Source: an uncultured Candidatus Saccharibacteria bacterium (lineage in GTDB: Bacteria > Patescibacteriota > Doudnabacteria > UBA920). From it: a DNA stretch of 64,000 nt. The notes beneath the pieces were generated by a model, which worked only from the letters and a program-made list of their open reading frames with translations, was not told where the DNA came from and ran no database searches. Location: NCBI GenBank assembly GCA_964348935.1, contig CAYGEJ010000003.1, positions 7,287 through 71,286 of the forward strand, given 5' to 3'. The position numbers were made by a program, and so were the translations under genes. Each line of letters starts with the position of its first letter. Positions within the stretch are counted from its first letter, which is position 1. Positions 59,142 to 64,000 of the stretch are shown here, piece by piece.

Positions 59142-59359
59142 CCGCACGACACAAGTGCACTGTCTCCGGAAGAGTGCCTGTTATGCAAGCACGACGGAAT
59201 TCAAACATTATCCCATTTGGGGAAACCGTCGGTCTAGAAGGACCCACATGGAAAGGAGTACGCAAGACCGTCCCCATTCTACTATACGAAGGGAAAGATA
59301 AGTACGACACTGCATCTATCCCCATCGCATTCTGCCCGTTCTGCGGGAAAAAACTCTAA
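59138..59359 (+). CDS. 73-aa zinc-ribbon-like small protein (CxxS...CPFC)
   Basis: Start ATGA coupled to the upstream gene, preceded by GAGAGGAG. The Cys pair FCPFCGKK is at the C-terminus. Confidence 0.4.
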   Translation: MTARHKCTVSGRVPVMQARRNSNIIPFGETVGLEGPTWKGVRKTVPILLYEGKDKYDTASIPIAFCPFCGKKL

Positions 59360-59377
59360 CCAAAACCTCGGCGCAGT

Positions 59378-59436
59378 GCCCAGAGCCAGCGGTTCAATTA
59401 ATACCTGAACTTCTGGCGCTGGGCTTTTTTATTTTT
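59378..59436 (+). terminator. Intrinsic terminator after the coupled pair
   Basis: GCCCAGAGCCAG...CTGGCGCTGGGC stem followed by a T6AT5 run. Confidence 0.6.
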
Positions 59437-59463
59437 AATTCTGGTTGATCACGATTTTGATAT

Positions 59464-59502
59464 AAAAAAATTTGAGCCGTCCACCTAAAAGGCAGACGGC
59501 TC
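59464..59502 (-). terminator. Intrinsic terminator for the minus-strand gene 59514..60065
   Basis: GAGCCGTC...GACGGCTC stem preceded by an A7 run. Confidence 0.5.
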
Positions 59503-59513
59503 ATGCGCCAGGA

Positions 59514-60065
59514 TTAATCGAGAGTGATTTTTGACAGGGGGTAGGGATGTACGTATCGGTAACCTTCCTTAACATCTAAGAATTCGAACCTGACCCAGCT
59601 GCCTTTGAACCAACCACTACTTGTGGATAGGAATGTTCTGCTGGAATCGCCAATTCCCACCGTTCCGCAAGAAATCTCACAACGGGAATTCAGGGGTGGC
59701 CAAGGCAAACCATTTTCTGTGAACTCGACGCTGTTTTGGTTAGGTTCTTGTTGTTCCCATTCTAAGATGGTGCATACAACCGGAAACCGAGCTTCCAGGA
59801 TCCTTACCACAACCCTATCAAGATTACCCGGCACATCAAAAAGAAATTCGACGCGTTGTCCCACCTTCAAGTTGTGTGGGTAAATACCTCTATCCCTAAC
59901 CACCTTGGGCGTCTTATCCGAAGACGTAAGCACCAACCACAACCCTTGCAACCCAATAATGCTTTTGCATGGCTTAAATGGGAAAATTATAATAAAAAAC
60001 CCTGCAGCTAAAATAGAAAGGACAGCGACTACAATCATCACGATAGCCTGACTTAAAATCTTCAT
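59514..60065 (-). CDS. N-terminally membrane-anchored extracytoplasmic protein
   Basis: The start was set at the internal Met (MKIL...), which follows a GGAGGAGAAGAG Shine-Dalgarno; the track ORF begins 8 codons earlier at a non-ATG start. One TM. The body has moderately elevated GC. Confidence 0.45.
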   Translation of the reverse strand: MKILSQAIVMIVVAVLSILAAGFFIIIFPFKPCKSIIGLQGLWLVLTSSDKTPKVVRDRGIYPHNLKVGQRVEFLFDVPGNLDRVVVRILEARFPVVCTILEWEQQEPNQNSVEFTENGLPWPPLNSRCEISCGTVGIGDSSRTFLSTSSGWFKGSWVRFEFLDVKEGYRYVHPYPLSKITLD

Positions 60066-60130
60066 CTCTTCTCCTCCAGTTTGTATCAAAAAAACACTTT
60101 ATAACAATTTCGCGCTTATGTCAATTGTAA

Positions 60131-60162
60131 AAGGGCTAACCCCATATGGGGTTAGCCCTTTA
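60131..60162 (-). terminator. Hairpin 3' of fusA
   Basis: AAAGGGCTAACCCC-ATAT-GGGGTTAGCCCTTT is a perfect 14-bp stem. The T-tract on the minus strand is short. Confidence 0.45.
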
Positions 60163-60239
60163 TCTGTTTTATCTGTTTTAATCCGCGCCTGCCTGCCAAA
60201 GATTGAGGCATAACCGCTTGCGGGCAGGCATCCGCGGTC

Positions 60240-62363
60240 TTACATACCTTTTCTTACGTTGATACCCGCGCGAGATTCAATAATCTTAGCAGCAACGTTC
60301 TTTGGTACTTCTGCGTAATGGTCAAATTCCATAGTGTAGGAAGCTTGACCTTGAGTCATAGAGCGAAGTGCTGTAGCGTATCCGAACATTTCGGAAAGCG
60401 GAACAAAACTGTCTATAACTTTCAAATGCAAGCGGTCTGTCATTTCGTTAATTTGAGCTCTCTTAGAGTTCAAGTCACCAATAACATCACCCATGTTTGT
60501 TTCTGGAGTTATAACTTCAACTTTCATTATAGGTTCCAAAATAATTGGGTCGGCACGCTTAATGACTTCTTGCAAACCTTTAGAAGCAGCAATTTTGAAA
60601 GCCATTTCGCTAGAGTCAACATCGTGGTAAGAACCGTCGTAAAGAGCAATTCTAAAGTCTACAAGTGGGTAACCGGCAATAACACCGTTAGCTGCAGATT
60701 CTTGAATACCTTTGTCGACTGGTTTAATAAATTCTTTTGGAATAGCTCCACCAACAATTTCGTCGACGAATTCATAACCTTTACCGCGTTCAAGAGGTTC
60801 GGCACGTAAGTAAACGTGTCCGTATTGACCTTTACCACCAGACTGACGAATATATTTACTTTCAGCAGTTGCAGTATTCTTGATGGTTTCTTTGTAAGCT
60901 ACTTCTGGTTTACCAACATTAGCCTCTACTTTAAACTCGCGCTTCATACGGTCAACAATAATTTCAAGGTGCAATTCACCCATACCGGAAATAATTGTTT
61001 GTTGAGTTTCTTCGTCACCGCGAATACGGAAAGTTGGGTCTTCTTCGGCAAGCTTAGACAAAGCAATACCCATTTTTTCTTGGTCAGCTTTGGTCTTAGG
61101 CTCAATAGACATAGAAATAACTGGCTCAGCGAATTTAATGCGTTCAAGCATCATTGGTTTGTCTACGTCGCAAAGAGTATCTCCAGTAAATGTGTTTTTA
61201 GGTCCCACAAGAGCACAAATGTCTCCAGCAAAAACTTCTTTAACTTCGTCGCGTTCGTCGGCACGCATACGAACAATACGTCCTACGCGTTCCTTGTCGC
61301 CAGTTCTGGCGTTAAGTACATAACTCCCAGCTTCAAGTTTTCCAGCGTAAACGCGGAAGAAACAAAGTCTACCTACGAATGGGTCGGTAGCAATTTTAAA
61401 AGCCAAAGCTGTAAATGGCTCTTCATCGCTTGGTTTGCGCTCTAATGGCTCACCGGATTTTAATTCAGTTCCTTTAGTATTTCCTCTGTCAATTGGACTT
61501 GGTAGAAAATTTACAACGGCATCCAACACTGTTTGTACAATAATACCGCGTCCGTCTCCGCCAAGTACTGGAAAGAATTTTCCACCTTGAACAGACTTAC
61601 GAATCGCCCCTAAAAATTCTTGTTCAGTTAATTCTTGTCCGCCCAAATACTTCTCCATTAATACATCATCAATCTCAACTACTTTTTCAAGCAATCTTTG
61701 ACGATATTCTTTACACTTTTCTACCATATCGGCAGGCACTTCACCAACAGTAAATTCCTTATCAGTAAAATCTTTATAGGTATAAGATTTCATACCAACA
61801 AGATCTACTACTCCGTTTATTTCTTTTTCAAAACCAATTGGTAATTGAATTGGAAAGGCATTTGGTGAGAGGCGTTTTAAAATGGAGTCTAAGGACTTAT
61901 AAAAATCTCCTCCAGTTTGGTTTATTTTGTTAATAAAACAAATACGAGGAACATTATACTTGTCGGCTTGGCGCCATACAGTCTCAGACTGTGGCTCCAC
62001 ACCCATTTTACCGTCGAATACAGTAACAGCACCGTCTAGCACACGTAAAGAACGCTCTACTTCTACTGTAAAGTCTACGTGACCTGGAGTATCTATAATG
62101 TTAATTTTGTGTTTAACATCTCCAGCTAATTTAATAAATTTTGGCGCCCAGTAACAAGTAACAGCGGCAGCAGTAATTGTAATACCGCGTTCACGTTCTT
62201 GTTCCATCCAATCGGTTGTGGTCTCACCTTCGTGAACCGCGCCAATTTTGTGGGTCATACCGGTGTTGTATAAAACACCTTCAGTAACAGTGGTCTTACC
62301 AGCGTCAATGTGAGCGATAATACCAATATTACGGGTAACTTCTATGGGATATTCTCTTGGCAT
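60240..62363 (-). CDS. fusA: Elongation factor G
   Basis: 707 aa. [14 protein letters not shown] and NKID G-motifs. Confidence 0.97.
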   Translation of the reverse strand: MPREYPIEVTRNIGIIAHIDAGKTTVTEGVLYNTGMTHKIGAVHEGETTTDWMEQERERGITITAAAVTCYWAPKFIKLAGDVKHKINIIDTPGHVDFTVEVERSLRVLDGAVTVFDGKMGVEPQSETVWRQADKYNVPRICFINKINQTGGDFYKSLDSILKRLSPNAFPIQLPIGFEKEINGVVDLVGMKSYTYKDFTDKEFTVGEVPADMVEKCKEYRQRLLEKVVEIDDVLMEKYLGGQELTEQEFLGAIRKSVQGGKFFPVLGGDGRGIIVQTVLDAVVNFLPSPIDRGNTKGTELKSGEPLERKPSDEEPFTALAFKIATDPFVGRLCFFRVYAGKLEAGSYVLNARTGDKERVGRIVRMRADERDEVKEVFAGDICALVGPKNTFTGDTLCDVDKPMMLERIKFAEPVISMSIEPKTKADQEKMGIALSKLAEEDPTFRIRGDEETQQTIISGMGELHLEIIVDRMKREFKVEANVGKPEVAYKETIKNTATAESKYIRQSGGKGQYGHVYLRAEPLERGKGYEFVDEIVGGAIPKEFIKPVDKGIQESAANGVIAGYPLVDFRIALYDGSYHDVDSSEMAFKIAASKGLQEVIKRADPIILEPIMKVEVITPETNMGDVIGDLNSKRAQINEMTDRLHLKVIDSFVPLSEMFGYATALRSMTQGQASYTMEFDHYAEVPKNVAAKIIESRAGINVRKGM

Positions 62364-62411
62364 AGTTATTAGTTGTTAGTAATAGTGTTTAGTTTGTTTT
62401 TATCTGTAAAA

Positions 62412-62960
62412 TTAACGTCGATTGAAACGGGCAAAGTGAGCAAAAGCTTTGTTAGCTTCAGCCATTCTGTGTACATCTTCACGTTTCTTCATAGCTCCGC
62501 CGGTCTTGTTAAAGGCGTCAAAAATTTCAGAGGCTAAACGTTCAGCCATTCTAATCCCTTTTTTACCGCGGGAAGCAATAAGTAACCAGCGCATAGCTAG
62601 AGTTGTTTTGCGAGGTTCCATAACTTCCATAGGAACTTGGTAATTAGCTCCGCCAATTCTGCGGGACTTAAGTTCCATAATTGGAGCAATATTTTTTAAT
62701 GCAATATCGAATACTGCACGTCCGTCTAATTTTTTGTCAGTCTTTTCTTTTTCACCTTCAGCTTTTTTCTCGGAAGGAGCAACTGGCATGTCTTTTACTT
62801 TTTCACCAACAATATCTAAAGCATCGTAAAAGATTTTGCGAGCAACATTCTTTTTCCCGCGCTCCATAATATAGTTTATAAACTTGGCATATTTAACGGA
62901 ACCATACTTTGGGTCTGGTTCTGGTACGTGTTTATCGTAACTTCTTGATTTTCTTGGCAT
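62412..62960 (-). CDS. rpsG: 30S ribosomal protein S7
   Basis: 182 aa, conserved S7 core. Confidence 0.95.
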   Translation of the reverse strand: MPRKSRSYDKHVPEPDPKYGSVKYAKFINYIMERGKKNVARKIFYDALDIVGEKVKDMPVAPSEKKAEGEKEKTDKKLDGRAVFDIALKNIAPIMELKSRRIGGANYQVPMEVMEPRKTTLAMRWLLIASRGKKGIRMAERLASEIFDAFNKTGGAMKKREDVHRMAEANKAFAHFARFNRR

Positions 62961-63044
62961 ATTTTTAGCTTTTAGGTTATAGGTTTTAGCTTATAGAACT
63001 GCCGGTTTCCCTAACAGCTATAAGCTATTAGCTATAAGCTTGAA

Positions 63045-63458
63045 TTACTTTCTCTTTGCTCCATATTTGGATCTTGAGCGTTTACGACCTTCAACGCCTA
63101 ATGTGTCTAGTTTACCTCTAACAATGTGGTAACGAACACCCGGTAAATCTTTTACTCTTCCACCGCGGATCATTACTACACTGTGCTCTTGCAAGTTGTG
63201 ACCAATACCTGGAATATAAGCAATAACTTCCATACCGTTGGTTAACTTAACCTTAGCAACTTTACGCAAAGCTGAGTTTGGTTTCTTAGGTGTAGTTGTA
63301 TAAACCTTTAAACAAACTCCGCGCATAAAAGGTGCGCCAGTTTTTATGAACAATGTCTTGTTCTTAATTAAGTTCTGGCGACGCATAAGTGCAGGGCTCT
63401 TGCTCTTGTACTTAAAGGCGTGCCTTCCCTTTCTTACCAATTGATTAATTGTTGGCAT
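63045..63458 (-). CDS. rpsL: 30S ribosomal protein S12
   Basis: 137 aa. [13 protein letters not shown]-terminus. Confidence 0.95.
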   Translation of the reverse strand: MPTINQLVRKGRHAFKYKSKSPALMRRQNLIKNKTLFIKTGAPFMRGVCLKVYTTTPKKPNSALRKVAKVKLTNGMEVIAYIPGIGHNLQEHSVVMIRGGRVKDLPGVRYHIVRGKLDTLGVEGRKRSRSKYGAKRK

Positions 63459-63828
63459 TTTGTTAGTTCCTAGTTTCTAGTCGCTAGTGACTAGTTATTT
63501 ATAAATTTGAATAAGTGCGATGTTTTTGACTAGTATCTAGCAACTAGCCACTCGCAACTAACTTTGAGCAATAAAAAACTGACAAAAGATGTCAGATCTT
63601 CTGCTTTCGCCTAATTGGTACTCATCAGAAACCTCTTGATGTATCCCTGCATTTACTCCTCTCCCCTTGCGGAAGAGGTTAGATGAGGGGTTTGTTTCCC
63701 AAAACTAGCGACCGATAAAGGTAAATCCCATATTAACTTAATTTATAATGTTTTCAAATCCTAAATCTGAAATCTTATATCTTAAATCTTTCTGGGGGTT
63801 TCTTATTCAATTAAAGTTATTTTACAAC

Positions 63829-63858
63829 ATTGACAAGATTATGTCAATTTGGTAATTT
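63829..63858 (+). promoter_or_regulatory. Candidate promoter overlapped by the operator-like palindrome ATTGACA-AGATTA-TGTCAAT
   Basis: TTGACA (63830-63835), a 17-nt spacer, then TAATTT. The palindrome spans 63829-63848. Confidence 0.4.
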
Positions 63859-63889
63859 TATAACCTAAAACCTTACAGGAGAGGAATAA

Positions 63890-64000
63890 ATGAAGACTGC
63901 CTGGTTGATTTGTAGCAACTACAGGATTCGTATGGGTCTTGCTCAAGCCTTGGGCATGGCTAATTACACTGTTGAGTTTGTCGTTTCTGAATTTGAACTC
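63890..64000 (+). CDS. Partial ORF (5' end only) running off the window
   Basis: An AGGAGAGG Shine-Dalgarno lies 6 nt upstream of the ATG. MKTAWLICSNYRIRMGLAQALG... It is not in the ORF track because it is truncated. Confidence 0.3.
   Translation, partial: MKTAWLICSNYRIRMGLAQALGMANYTVEFVVSEFEL

Noticed and set aside
59575-59650. GAATTCGAACC string suggesting a minus-strand tRNA T-arm
   Set aside because: The flanks cannot form T-stem or acceptor pairing, and the region lies inside a well-supported CDS.
60318-61445. Plus-strand ORFs of 163 and 209 aa antisense to fusA
   Set aside because: They lie fully inside fusA, which is unambiguous, and are Phe/Asn/Ser-rich translations of the AT-rich antisense strand.
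1-64000. CRISPR arrays, rRNA genes, tRNA genes, transposase or integrase genes
   Set aside because: No regularly spaced identical direct repeats, no rRNA-like conserved stretches, no tRNA cloverleaf candidates and no transposase or integrase-like ORFs were found on reading both strands. The inserted cassettes therefore lack an obvious mobility gene within this window.

Overview
The window is a low-GC (spot counts about 30-35%), gene-dense segment that is almost entirely minus-strand coding. Its gene content looks like a reduced-genome Candidate Phyla Radiation / Patescibacteria-type bacterium.

Main contents, 5' to 3':
- A SpoU methyltransferase, a DUF296-like protein and a two-component pair (response regulator plus histidine kinase).
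- A 1485-aa Cys-rich repeat surface protein that contains a perfect 285-bp tandem duplication.
- A higher-GC (about 50%) plus-strand gene for a secreted IPT/TIG-like protein, followed by two convergent terminators.
- mreB plus three small membrane proteins, then rnhA and recJ.
- A contiguous glycolysis / pentose-phosphate block: gpmI, eno, pgk, gap, a PfkB kinase, a split transketolase, rpe, rpiB, tpiA and a galT-like gene.
- ruvX, htrA and dnaX.
- A tight operon around a VirD4/TraG-like membrane ATPase with a His/Gly-rich small protein.
- A GNAT acetyltransferase, a zincin-like protein and a HAD hydrolase.
- The S10-spc ribosomal-protein cluster from rpsJ to rplO plus secY. There is no rpmD (L30), and S14 is the short Zn type.
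- The str cluster rpsL-rpsG-fusA-tuf.

The most unusual observation is that the otherwise conserved str/S10 supercluster is interrupted twice: between rpsJ and tuf, and between tuf and fusA. Both insertions are higher in GC and carry plus-strand cassettes of very small secreted or membrane proteins, each with a canonical GGAGG Shine-Dalgarno and its own intrinsic terminator. One cassette has a near-consensus sigma70 promoter; the other has a translationally coupled membrane-peptide / zinc-ribbon pair.

Several short repeat families recur at gene ends: a TAGCTAACAGCTATAAGCTA 3'-UTR motif, TATCTG repeats, CTAGT-rich leaders, and GC-rich CCTCTCCC hairpins. Two TGACA-N-TGTCA operator-like palindromes sit near the right edge.

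No rRNA, tRNA or CRISPR array was found. All homology statements come from reading the translated ORFs and are not database-verified.
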